Positions 29,650 to 49,589 of a stretch of DNA of 64,000 nt are shown one piece after another. A program made the position numbers and the translations under genes. The stretch is from assembly GCF_009914755.1 (NCBI RefSeq), contig NC_060935.1; one strand, given 5' to 3'. The notes under the pieces were generated by a model that did not search any database, was not told where the DNA came from, and saw only the letters and a program-made list of their open reading frames with translations. Positions within the stretch are counted from its first letter, which is position 1, and each line of letters starts with the position of its first letter. This stretch comes from the human T2T-CHM13v2.0 reference genome, Homo sapiens.

Positions 29650-30950
29650 AAGTATATGAAGTCCGTGTTTAGACTCTTTCTTTTTTTTTGCATGTGAATA
29701 TCTAGTTGTTCCAATGCCATTTTTTTGAAAAGACTATCTTTTCTCTGTTCTTTCACCTTTGCTTTTTTGTCAAAAATTATTTGGCGATTTTATGTTTGTT
29801 TATTTTTGGACCCTTTATTCTTTTCTATTCATCTGTATGTCTATACTTTCACCAATATCACACTGTCTTGACTACTGTTGTTTTATAGAAATTCTTAAAG
29901 TTGAGTAATGTTGGTACTCCAACTTTGTTCTTCCTTTTTAATGTTGTGTTAGCTATTCTAAATATTTTTCCTATCTATACATTAAATTCCCAATACCTGC
30001 ACTAATACTTTGTTGTACATTTCACTATGTCATGGCATATAATTCTTTTTATGCATTGTTGGATTTAATTTGCTAATATTTTGCTGAGAGGTTTTGCATC
30101 TGTATTCATGAGTGATATTGGTCTGTAGTTTTCTTTATACATACTGTCTTTGTCTGATTTTGATATAAAGGCAATGCCAGACTCACAGAATGAGTCTGAA
30201 AGTATTGTCTCAGATTCTATCTTCTGAAAAAGTTTGTAAAGAATTTGTATAATTTCTTTCTTACAACTACTTGGTAAATTCACCCGTGGACCCAACTAGG
30301 CCTGCTGTTTTCCATTTCGGAAGGTTAATCATTTAATAGACATAGGTCTATTCAGATTGTCTATTTCTTCTTATGTTAGTTTGGCAGATAATGTCTTTCA
30401 AGGAATTAGTCAATTTTATCTAGGTAACACATTTGTAGGCATAGCATTGTTTAGAGTGTTCTTTTATTGTCATTTTAATATCCATAGATTCTGCAGTGAT
30501 GCTCCCTCTTTTATTTCTAATATTAGTAATTGTGTCTGCACTGTTTTTTCTTAGTTGGCATGCCTAGAGTTTTATCAATTTATTTATCTTCTTGAAGAAC
30601 CAGCTTTTGGTTCTATTGATTTTCTTTATTAATTTCCTGTTTTCAATTTTATTGATTTCTGCTTTAATTTTTATCCTTCGAATTACTTTGGATTTAATTT
30701 GCTTTTCTTTTTGTCACTTCCCAATGTGAAAGCTGTTTCCTGATCATAGATATTTATTTTTAATAGGTGTATTTGATGCTATAAATTTCTTGTAAATATT
30801 GCCTTCACTGCATTGAACAAATTTTAATAAGTTGTGTATTCATTTTCATTTTGTTTAAAACATATTTTACATTTCTCTTCATATTTCCTATTTGATCTCC
30901 ATATGTTGTTTAGAAATATATTGTTTACTCTCCACATATTTTGGACTTTT

Positions 30951-31286
30951 TATTTTTAGTGCATATAAATACTCATAATTTTATTTTATTTTTAATTTAA
31001 TTTAAAGTTCTGGGATACATGTGCAGGATGTGCAGGTTTGTTACATAGGTAAACGTGTGCCATGGTGGTTTGCTGCACCTATCAACCCATCACCTAGGTA
31101 TTAAGCTCCGAATGCATTAGCTATTTATCCTGAAGCTCTCCCTCCCCACCACCACACTCCCAACCATGTGTGTGGTTCGCCTCCCTGTGTCCATGTGTTC
31201 TCACTGTTCAGCTCCCACTTATAAGTGAGAACATGTGGTGTTTGATTTTCTGTTCTGTGTTAGCTTGCTGAGGATAATGCCTTCCA
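30951..31286 (-). mobile_element. L1PA8/10-like 3' fragment nested in L1MC
   Basis: AAGTTCTGGGATACATGTGCAGGATGTGCAGG; TSD-like TTGGACTTTT (30941) / TTGGATTTTT (31287). Confidence 0.88.
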
Positions 31287-31414
31287 TTGGATTTTTCAAT
31301 TACCTTTTTGTTATTGTTACCTAGTTTAATTCCACTGAGATCTGAGGGCACATATCATATAATTTCTATTGTTTAAAATGTGTTAAGGTGTATTTTATAG
31401 CACAGAGTAAGGTC

Positions 31415-35090
<3,676 letters not shown>

Positions 35091-35328
35091 CCTCTGTCCA
35101 GTTGCTAATAAGCTCATCAAATATATATATTTTTAATTTCTGTTACAGTATTTTTTGGTTTTGTTTTTGTTTTTTATTTCTAGTATTTCTTTTCATTGTA
35201 TTCTAGTATTTCCACCTCTCTTCTTACATTGTACATCTATTTTTTTCATACTCTTTATTTATTAGGGAACTTAGTATATTAATCATACTTGTTTTCAATC
35301 ATTTGTCTGATATTTCCAATATCCTTGG

Positions 35329-35941
35329 CTTATTTGGTTTGGCTGTGTCCCCACTGAAGTCTTACCTTGAATTGTAGATCCCATAATCCTCACATGTCAG
35401 GAGAAAGACCTGGTGGTAGTTAATTGAATAATGGGGAAGGTTACCTCCATGCTGTTCTCGTGATAGTCAGTGAGTTCTCTTGAGATCTGATGGTTTTATA
35501 AAGAGCATTTCCCCTGCACGTGTTCTTTTGCCTGCCACCATGTAAGACATGCCTTTGCTCCTCCTTTGCCTTTCACCGTGATTGTGAGGCCTCCCCAGCC
35601 TTATGATTCTGTGAGTCCATTAAACCTTTTTCTTTATAAATTACCCAATCTCGGGTATGTTCTTATAGCAGCATGAGAATGAACTAATACAGTTAACTGG
35701 TACTTGGAGTGGAGTGCTGCTGTAAAGGTACCCAAAAATGTGGAAGTGACTTTGGAACTAGGTAACAGGGAGTGGTTGGAACAGTTTGGAGGGCTCTGAA
35801 GAAGAAAGAAAAATAGGTGAAAATTTGGAACTTCCTAGAGACTGGTTGAATAGCTTTGACAAAAATGCTGATAATGATACGGACAATGAAGTACAGACTG
35901 AGGTGGTCTCAGATGGGTATGAGAAAGTTGTTGGAAACTGG
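35329..35941 (+). mobile_element. THE1C/D 5' LTR (to 35691) plus ~250 bp internal region, truncated
   Basis: TGGTTTGGCTGTGTCCCCA...GAACTAATACA, then internal ORF remnant MEGSEEERKIGENLELPRD...; no 3' LTR. Confidence 0.9.
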
Positions 35942-35944
35942 AAT

Positions 35945-36365
35945 TCTGGCATGTATCAAAATGATTCTTTCCTCCTACCATTTGTTAGAAGGAGATGGGA
36001 ATTTTTATCCCATATTTACTGTGAGAACTTGGTCAAGCTCTTGAATATGATTCTGTCCTCCTACAGTTTTTAACTCTCAAACTTGTCCAACCTTTCCTCC
36101 AGTAATTTGACAATTACAGTTAAAGCTTTTCTACCCTGGTGGTGATTCTCCTGGAGGTTTCTACTCTGGTATGTGGTAATTCTCTGTTATCTACCTGGTG
36201 AGCATCTTGAATTTTTGTGCTTCCAGTTTGCCCTGTGACATCACTTCTCTTACGGATTTTTATAAAACATACTGATTTATTTACTTTGTTCATCTTTTTA
36301 CTTTTTATAAGGATAAAGAGGCAAAATTCAAGCTGTTTCCATGAGGAAGTAAAAATAGGAACTCA
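35945..36365 (-). mobile_element. L1MC-like 5' region
   Basis: ACTGTGAGAACTTGGTCAAGCTC and GTTTGCCCTGTGACATCACTTCTC motifs. Confidence 0.5.
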
Positions 36366-36628
36366 GTTCTATAATTTTTAAGAGTAAATAACTAGCAGAA
36401 AAAAATAGCCACAAAATTTATATCATCTTATATTTTATCCTATGTAAAATTACAAACTCCATATTTCTCAAGCTATTTAATATAGATATTCAACTTGTAT
36501 TTGGTACCAGCTATATAACAACCAATATATAGTTGTTCCCCAGCGCCAGGTCAGAGGAGGCTTTGCTATTTGCATTGAGCATTAGGTATAGTTCAAAATA
36601 AGCCATTCTGCCTTCTGAGTGTCACCAA

Positions 36629-37119
36629 TTTAACAGCGGTCTCTACCTTTTAGTTAGTCCTAAGCAATAAAAGCAGAGATCAGGCATGCTGTGCAATGGA
36701 TGTTATGTTGAGTAAAATGAATTAATTACATGCTAATGCTGAATTTAAAACATTTTTGAGATAACAGGCTTTTTAAATATAAAGTGGAGACATAACAATA
36801 AATTGATGTTTAAATATGTCATTATTGTCTTTGATCCAAACACAAGTAACACAGGATTTTGATAAAAAATATAAGTTGTGTTGCCCCTGAATAATTTAAT
36901 ATTTTGAGTGGCATCTAGTACCAACACTTGCCCAATCTCTGCATTCTGCTTTTTGACTTTTTAATTAAAAATACAAGTTAATAATTCCTACTATCTATTC
37001 ACAAACACATTTGTGTGCATGTATGTGTGTGTGTGTGTCTTTTTAACAGCAGTATCTACCTTTTAGTTCATCTTAAACAATAAAAGCAGACATCAGGCAT
37101 GCTGTGCGATGGGTGTTAT
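36629..37119 (+). repeat. 78-bp dispersed direct repeat (36629-36706 and 37042-37119)
   Basis: Ungapped alignment, 69/78 identical. Confidence 0.95.
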
Positions 37120-37269
37120 CCACTGTAAACATTTGAAACAAATGTTTTAATTTCAGGTGTATGTGTGTGTTTGTGTGTGTGTATACATGTAGGTATACAT
37201 GTATATATGGATGAATGTATGTGTCTGTGTTCATGTTTATATATATATATATATAAACACATGCATACA

Positions 37270-37585
37270 CAGTCATGCATCACTTAATGAAGGGGATGTA
37301 TTGTGAGAAATGTATTGTGAGATATTTTTGCCATTTTGTGAACATTATAGAGTGTACTTACACAACCCTTGATGCTATAGCCTACTACACATCTAGGCTA
37401 TCCTTGAGTAGCATGTTACTGTACTGACTACGGTAAGCAACTATAACACAATGGTAAGTATTTTTGCCTAAACATATCTATCATAGAAAAAGATATAGTA
37501 GAAATAGGAGATTATAATACTATGGGACCACTGTTGAATATGTGGTCCATTGTTGGCCAAAATGTCATTATATGGCACATTACCA
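37270..37585 (-). mobile_element. Tigger3a/MER7A DNA transposon
   Basis: CAGTCATGC terminus; AGAGTGTACTTACACAA and GCCTACTACACATCTAGGCTAT; TATGGGACCAC near the other end. Confidence 0.85.
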
Positions 37586-39214
37586 TATGTATATATGGAA
37601 ATATAGTCTTATTCATTTTTCAGAATATCTGTGTTTTTCACTTGTTTCTTTGAAAATTATTTTCCCAAGCTTTATATTAAGTCTTAAACCTCTTCTGCTT
37701 CAGATTCTGTTTTTGAGAGACTATTGTGTGCTTCTGATTCACAGGCCCGGTCCCTGATTGGTGACCTAAAGTGGTTTTGTGGCAGTATCCTTCTAAAGCA
37801 CGCAAATAAATAGATGAGATTATGCAACACTATTTATTTACTAAGATTCTATTTTCACTGATTGACATCTGAACCTATAGGAAATATGGTTTTATCTTCT
37901 CCCAACAGGGTGAGTCAAGTCTGTCACTTACATTCTCCCAAGTCAAATATCCTTTTTATCATATCAAAAGTAGGAAAATGATTTTCATTAATCAGAGCAG
38001 AGAGCCTAAAGCTTAATTCCTTGCTTCAATTTATCATGATTTGTATGTAGTTGAAAGGAAGCCAATTAATGTACTTTCTCTTTTTGCTCTTATTAATTAG
38101 TAGACATGCTGAAAACTTCTGTCAGAATTAAAATCTTTCTTAGATTATTTTTCTCCTTTTAACTTTCTGGAAATAATGGTAGAGATTTTTTCTTTGAAGT
38201 TAACTGGAATTGTCAACTTTTATACTAGCACCAACAGTCAAAAATTACACTATAGAAATAAAATCTTTTCCATTAAGTATTATTAAACTTAATGGCTTCA
38301 AATAAGTATTATTTGAAGCCTTAGTACTGAGAAAGAAAAAATAATTTGTTGTTATGTCTACTCTCTGTCAGGTTTAGAAAACTATTTTAAGTGTTTGTTT
38401 TTTATTCCTTGATGTTCCTTCTATAAAGGTAAAATAAACAACTAAAATCAGTCATATCGAGGAAAGAACAAACATTAATTTTCTTGAGGGAACTCAAATA
38501 TGTAATTATGATCAAACTAAATAATGTTTAAAATTTTCCATGTTTAAAGGGAGATATTATGCCCAGAATGTTTTTCCTGAAGATTTATGCAAGTCAGCTG
38601 CCATCTATAGCCAAGCGTTTGAAGCTTTAATTGGTCCTTATTATAGTTGGTTCATAAAAGTAAAAAATAAAAATCTCAGTGAAAGACATTGGGTGTTAAA
38701 AAAAATTTTAACCTTTCAGCTGTCACATGCAATTTTCTGTAATCCATATGAAAATTCAGCATGTCTCTGATGCAAATATGTTGGTGAATGGTTTCACTTC
38801 CAACAATATTAAGGAATTCAATAGGGAATAATGGAAAATAAAAGAATACTGCTACATGACTAGGAAGAGGTTTATATTAACCTTTTTTGGGAGTCATAAA
38901 CCTCAATATAAAAGGCATAAATTATGTAGGATGTGTGCTAATACATACTGAGATGGAGATTTCCTCCTCTTTAAACAAGATAATTCATTTTCACTGGCTG
39001 ACTCATTAAAAGCTACTCTTTTTCTATTTTCATTTTAAAATCAGGGTGAGAAGGAAGAAAGATAATCCTTAATCATACAGGAGCTTTATTTATAGCATGC
39101 TCAGATGCTATTAGACAATATTAGACCTACATTAGACAATACAGTATCAGGGCTGAAAGAAAAGTTATATTTCTTAATTCAAGATACAAATAAGTATATT
39201 GAATAGCTCTACAA

Positions 39215-39732
<518 letters not shown>

Positions 39733-41597
39733 CTAACAACATCTCCCCTAAATGCTAATCCAGGTCCAACATCTACAGTTTCTGGGTAATTAATAAGGGT
39801 AACCTACCTTATATTGGATAACTTCAATGTTTATGATCTTCCTCATAAGAAGCGAAAAATCTGCTTCTTGCATCCAGTTAGACCAAATTCTTGTCCTAGG
39901 GCCAATCAAAGTGAGTTTTATTCCTTTTTCAGAATAGTCTATTACATACTTCAAAACTTGTTCTACATTCTTACTCTTCTCTTCCTCCAATTCCTTTAGT
40001 CAGTCCTCAATTTATAAAGTAATTATTCTCCTATGTTGGATGTTCTATCTGAACTCCATCCTGATGATTGGGAATCAGGTGTAATTTCTCAGTTTCTCAA
40101 TTTGAAATGCAGTATTGCAGTAATGAAAGCAGAATTGAGTGGCATTGTTGTCTCTCACATTCTGCACACATTTTCTCTATTAATTCTGCCTAAACATTGC
40201 ATTTACCATACTTGAGAGAGTGGGGACAAATTTTCTGGAATATACTACTGACTTGTATTAATGTAATCTGAATTTTCAGATATAAATACCAGTCAATGGT
40301 TGGTTGCTACAACTTAAAAGCAATCAGGTTGGGAAGACCTTCAAAATATTGGTCATTAAATCATAAATAAAATTTTTCTTAGAATTGGACCGTGGTAAGT
40401 GGAGTACCTTAACTTTTCTTAGTTCAAACTCTGCAAATTGACTCTAACGTTCATAATCATGCCCTTTTATGTGCTTTAAGTGGAGATACTGTTGGTCTAT
40501 ACTTTGTAAGAGAGCAGGTAACTCTAGCACAGAAGAAACTATATAACATGGAACTGGGTGGGAATTCAGTGGCACTATTCCATTTTTATCAATTCAGACT
40601 GTTGCTTTCAGTCCTGCTTTCAATCTGCAGGTTGTACTCCGAGAGGATTGCAGCAGTAATAAAACATGGATGGTTCTGGCTTCTCCTCTCTCTCTGCTTT
40701 CCACCTACAACAGTGTCAAAATAGGACTGACAGCCACAAGCCTCAGTCTTCTCCCTCTGGGTCTGTCTGTCCCCATTCATTAATAGAAGTAGGTGGACCT
40801 CCTTTCAAAGTTCAGTGAACATGGCTTTGACATCTTCTGCTAGTGTAATGTGCTGTTATTGTGTAGATTTCCAAAGGAAGTAGCATTTTTCAGCCAATTT
40901 TCTACTGGCTGCACCACCTTTTGTTTCCTGGATTGCTTTTTACCAATGTGAAGTCCTTAGATCAGTAATGCGTGTATTGTAAGGATGAACCACTCCTTGC
41001 TGAGTTTAACTTGAACTTTCTCACAGATGATGTTAGCCTCTTCCTTTTAACAGTATTTTGATTGTAGGAGCCTTATCATCTTCCGCATGCCTCTCTGGCT
41101 CGCCCAGGTGGTATCGATGGGCGTGTTGTCCATGTCAGAGTAAAGGGCCTGCATGCGACTCAGCCGCCAACACCATATGCAGCAGGCTGGTGACCCCTGA
41201 ATTTACTTAAAACAAACAAACGAACAAACAACTTTGCATTCCAATCACCTCACTTATTTAATTGAGATATAAAGCATTATAAAGGCCTAAAACACTACAT
41301 GAGGGGACCTCATTAACTTTTTTTAAAAAATCATTTAGAAATGTAAAACAAATTCTTTTTTTTATTTTTTTATTTTTTTATTATTTTTTATTATTATACT
41401 TTAAGTTTTAGGGTACATGTGCACATTGTGCAGGTTAGTTACATATGTATACATGTGCCATGCTGGTGCGCTGCACCCACTAACTCGTCATCTAGCATTA
41501 GGTATATCTCCCAATGCTATCCCTCCCCCCTCCCCCCACCCCACAACAGTCCCCAGAGTGTGATGTTTCCCTTCCTGTGTCCATGTGTTCTCATTGT

Positions 41598-45420
<3,823 letters not shown>

Positions 45421-45483
45421 TATGATGTTAGCTGGGTATTTTGCTCGTTAGTTGATGCAGTTTCTTCCTAGTCTCGATGGTCT

Positions 45484-46500
45484 CTACATTTTGGCATGAT
45501 TTTGCAGTGGCTGGTACCGGTTGTTTCTTTCCATGTTTAGCAATTCCTTCAGGGGCTCCTTTAGGGCAGGCCTGGCGGTGACAAAATCTCTCAGCATTTG
45601 CTTATCTGTAAAGTATTTTATTTCTCCTTCACTTATGAAGCTTAGTTTGGCTGGATATGAAATTCTGGGTTGAAAATTCTTTTCTTTAAGAATGTTGAAT
45701 ATTGGCCCCCACTCTCTTCTGGCTTATAGGGTTTCTGCCGAGAGATCCACTGTTAGTCTGATGGGCTTCCCTTTGAGGGTAACCCAACCTTTCTCTCTGG
45801 CTGCCCTTAACATTTTTTCCTTCATTTCAACTTTGGTGAATCTGACAGTTATGTGTCTTGGAGTTGGTCTTCTCGAGGAGTATCTTTGTGGCGTTCTCTG
45901 TATTTCCTGAATCTGAACGTTGGCCTGCCTTGCTAGATTGGGGAAGTTCTCCTGGATAATATCCTGCAGAGTGTTTTCCAACTTGGTTCCATTCTCCCCA
46001 TCACTTTCAGGTACACCAATCAGACGTAGATTTTGTCTTTTCACATAGTCCCATATTTCTTGGAGGCTTTGCTCATTTCTTTTTATTCTTTTTTCTCTAA
46101 ACTTCTCTTCTCACTTCATTTCATTCATTTCATCTTCCATCGCTGATACCTTTTCTTCCAGTTGATCGCGTCAGCTCCTGAGGCTTCTGCATTCTGCACG
46201 TAGTTCTCGAGCCTTGGTTTTCAGCTCCATCAGCTCCTTTAAGCACTTCTCTGTATTGGTTATTCTAGTTATACATTCTTCTAAATTTTTTTCAAAGTTT
46301 TCAACTTCTTTGCCTTTGGTTTGAATGTCCTCCCGTAGCTCAGAGTAATTTGATCGTCTGAAGCCTTCTTCTCCCAGCTCGTCAAAGTCATTCTCCATCC
46401 AGCTTTGTTCCGTTGCTGGTGAGGAACTGCGTTCCTTTGGAGGAGGAGAGGCGCTCTGCTTTTTAGAGTTTCCAGTTTTTCTGTTCTGTTTTTTCCCCAT
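45484..46500 (-). pseudogene. L1 ORF1, disrupted
   Basis: MGKKQNRKTGNSK start; in-frame stops at 46171 and 45724. Confidence 0.95.
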
Positions 46501-46804
46501 CTTTGTGGTTTTATCTTCTTTTGGTCTTTGATGATGGTGATGTACTGATGGGTTTTTGGTGTGGATGTCCTTTCTGTTTGTTAGTTTTCCTTCTAACAGA
46601 CAGGACCGTCAGCTGCAGGTCTGTTGGAATACCCTGCCGTGTGAGGTGTCAGTGTGCCCTTGCTGGGGGGTGCCTCCCAGTTAGGCTGCTCGGGGGTCAG
46701 GGGTCAGGGACCCACTTGAGGAGGCAGTCTGCCGGTTCTCAGATCTCCAGCTGCATGCTGGGAGAACCACTGCTCTCTTCAAAGCTGTCAGACAGGGACA
46801 TTTC

Positions 46805-47145
46805 GACCTCATTGCCTTTTAACTTTATCTTCTATTTTTCTAACTTTCCCACAAATCCTCCTTACTCAAAAGGTGTCTTGTAAATAACGGCTGCCCTGAC
46901 CATCCAGATGCCTACCAACTCAATTTTCTTATTATTTATTTATTTATTCAAATCTCTTAACTTCATCTAAATACTAAACTTTATTAAACTTTATTTATTT
47001 TCTTCATTTATTTCATGCCCCCCCCACCACCCCCTACCGTCAAATGCATGCTAGTGTGTTTTTTTCACATATTATTCCCATAATTTAGACTGCTGCATGG
47101 CACTGTACAGGGAGTCAAAAATGTTTGCCGGCTGAATGAATGTGT
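46805..47145 (+). mobile_element. L2 3' end (continues from ~41235-41317 on the other side of the L1)
   Basis: CCCTGACCA...TGGCAC...TCAAAAATGTTTG..GCTGAATGAATG terminus. Confidence 0.65.
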
Positions 47146-47178
47146 AACCTGTTTTGTCTTTAAACCCATCTGACCTCG

Positions 47179-47251
47179 TTTATAGACTGAGAAAAACAGC
47201 ACTTACTGTTTTTGTTTGCTCATTTATAGATTGAGAAAAACAACACTTACT
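47179..47251 (+). repeat. 29-bp direct repeat, period 44
   Basis: TTTATAGA(C/T)TGAGAAAAACA(G/A)CACTTACT at 47179 and 47223. Confidence 0.9.
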
Positions 47252-48099
47252 TTATAGGATGTTTGTATGTGTGAAGTTCCCAATTCCAGGTAAACCCTGA
47301 CTATAGCTGCTGATATGACTTAGAACATATTTTTCTTCAGTCCACAATTCCCAATGGAACAAATTTTTGAAGATTATTAAACAAAGCTCGTAATCTCTTT
47401 TTTCTTATTTCTTTTTAATAGTACCATTGCCAGTAGTTATAACAATTGTTAGAGTTTTTCTAACTTATATAAATAATTTGTTAGATTTTGTCTTCTTTCT
47501 CTGTTTACTAGAAGTCATATTTGAATTGATTGTTTTTGTTCATATGTTAATGATTAGAATGTGATGAGAAATAGTGCTAGCTCTTACCTGGAGGACTAAT
47601 GAGCCTTGGAAAAATCTGCAGACATGAATGTAACAGCTTTTGAGAGGACTTCTGCTCACTAGCTTTCCCTATATAGTCAATGGTATTTATCTGAACAGAT
47701 TGCCTGTCATGTGCTAAAACAAACCAAAAGAAGAAAAAAGTGGGGGCAGATAGTTAATTTATACAGGAATGTAGATCTAGAAACTACATTAGAAAGAAGG
47801 AAAAAAAACTTTTCTCGGGTGTCTTGCATTTAAACAATCCCCTGTGTATCATGCAAAATTGATGGCTGTGTGCATTTTTTCTCTAACTCCAGACTAAAAT
47901 GACAGCCAATGAAAGTGAACCCCTCCCTTAGAAATAGCTAGAGGTTATACCCATCTAGAATGTTCAATACTTATTTTTTTAGTAATACTGCCAGTGTTCA
48001 TCTCCAGGACACCAATGTTATCTTAGAAAATTTAGTAAAAAGTGAACACGTATAAGAAAAAATTTTGGTACAATAATCCATCCAAAAAGTAGATAGATA

Positions 48100-48155
48100 T
48101 TAATAACAGGTTTATAAATAAGTATAGGTATATTTATTTATAAACCTGTTATTAA
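48100..48155. repeat. 56-bp near-perfect palindrome
   Basis: TTAATAACAGGTTTATAAATAA (48100-48121) is the exact reverse complement of 48134-48155. Confidence 0.97.
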
Positions 48156-48156
48156 C

Positions 48157-48445
48157 AGGAATAAAGGAATGAAGCAAGGAAGGAAAGAAAGAAAAAGGGA
48201 GGGAGGAAGAAGTTGGGAGGGAAGGAAGGAGGGAGGGAAGGAAGAAAGGAGGGAAGGAAGAAAGAAAAAAAGGAAAAGAAGGAAGGAAGGAGGGGGAGGG
48301 AGAGAGGTGAGGGAGGGAAGGAAGAAAGGAGGGAAAAAGAAAGCAGGAAAAGAAGGAAGGAAGGAGGGAAGGAGGGAGAGAGATAGAGGGGAGGGAGGGA
48401 AGGAGGGAAGGGCATGACGAGAAGGGAAAGGAGGGAGGGAGGAGA
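48157..48445 (+). repeat. GA-rich polypurine low-complexity tract
   Basis: Degenerate GGAA/GGGA units with few pyrimidines. Confidence 0.95.
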
Positions 48446-49184
48446 CTGTTAAAGCAAAACATATAACCATTATATTCATTACTTACAATGGGGATGTCTG
48501 AAAATTCATTTGTGTGAATGTATTTATATTTATAAAGGTGTTTTGTGTATTTGGGAGCTTCCAAGCACAAGAAACAAGAGTTAACCACTGCAGTGTCAAA
48601 CTTCTCTTTACATAGTAAGCCAAAATTGTTGATAACATTTTCTTTGTTTCTGATCAAAATACAGTACATTTTTGTATTGTGTTAGAGATTTTCATATTTT
48701 CTCATCTATGCCAGATATTCAGAATATTTATCTTTCCCATCAGTGAATTATCAAAAGAAGAAAAAAATATTATTAGTATCATGGCTAATGAGGATAAGTG
48801 TGGTAGTGGGAGAGAAGATCGAAAGGAGGTAACTCAAAGGTGATGAAAATTTGTAAATTTAAAGGTCATTGTCAGGTACTAGTTTTACTTGAGCAAATAT
48901 TCCTGCCAATTATTGCATTTTCATCCTTATTGAGAAAAAGCTTTCTGTCTTTTCTTGACAGAAATTCTGTTTTTTTTTTCTATTTTCTTTTTTCATTTTT
49001 AAACAAATGGACAGTTTATTTGCAGATTCTTCTTTGTTAGATGGTATAGTAAAACAAAATTGATAGACCTGGTCATTTTGTTTCTGTCCTATATTTCTTT
49101 TAGCGAGGTCTATTTTTCATCATTGTGATACATATACAAATTTAAACCTGGCACCAATCTGTTGTGTATTGACAGGGAGTGAAT

Positions 49185-49500
49185 AACTCAGGGACAGGCA
49201 GCATCAGCATCAAGAAATTTGCTAGAAAGTCAAGTTACCAGCATCCCTTCAGATGTACAGAATCACACTCTTTGTGAATGAGGTCATCCAATATCTTCCA
49301 GACAATCATTAGGCATAGTGATATTTGAAAACCACTCCTCTAAACAGAGAATCTCAGACTTCTATATCCATGGAAAACACCTAGGGTTCTAAGAAGAAAT
49401 CAACAGTTGTGGGCATAAATCCTAAAGCACTGAATTTACTAATAGTGCCCAGCAATCTGCATTACTTCTTTGTTACTCTAAAGTCTGAAAACTAAGCTGA
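49185..49500. mobile_element. Two adjacent MER5-family fragments
   Basis: GCAGCATCAGCATCA...TTGAAAACCACT; GCCCAGCAATCTGCATT. Confidence 0.6.
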
Positions 49501-49589
49501 AGTTGCTCAAGATTAATCTTTAGTTATAGCAGCTATTGGCACTGGAGCTTCTCTAAAGTCCTGCATCTTTATTTCCATAAGTTGATCCT

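Larger units (their letters stand above)
28390..31414 (-). mobile_element. L1MC1-like 3'UTR and ORF2 fragments
   Basis: GGATTTGGACAAATG...GGCAACCACGGATCTTTTTACTGTCTCCATAGTTTT; ORF 30065-30295 KENYRPISLMNTDAKPLSKILAN. Confidence 0.85.

Noticed and set aside
39109-39140. ATTAGAC triplication, and a 12-bp tandem at 39658-39681
   Set aside because: Ordinary slippage micro-duplications.
46503-46883. 126-aa antisense ORF in the L1 5'UTR, possible ORF0
   Set aside because: ORF0 and the antisense promoter lie in the part of the 5'UTR missing from this copy.
47179-47257. Repeat-spacer-repeat resembling a CRISPR unit
   Set aside because: Only two copies in human DNA and no cas genes; a simple local duplication.
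48112-48669. Overlapping Pro/Ser/Phe- and Gly/Arg/Lys-rich ORFs
   Set aside because: Artefacts of the GA low-complexity tract.
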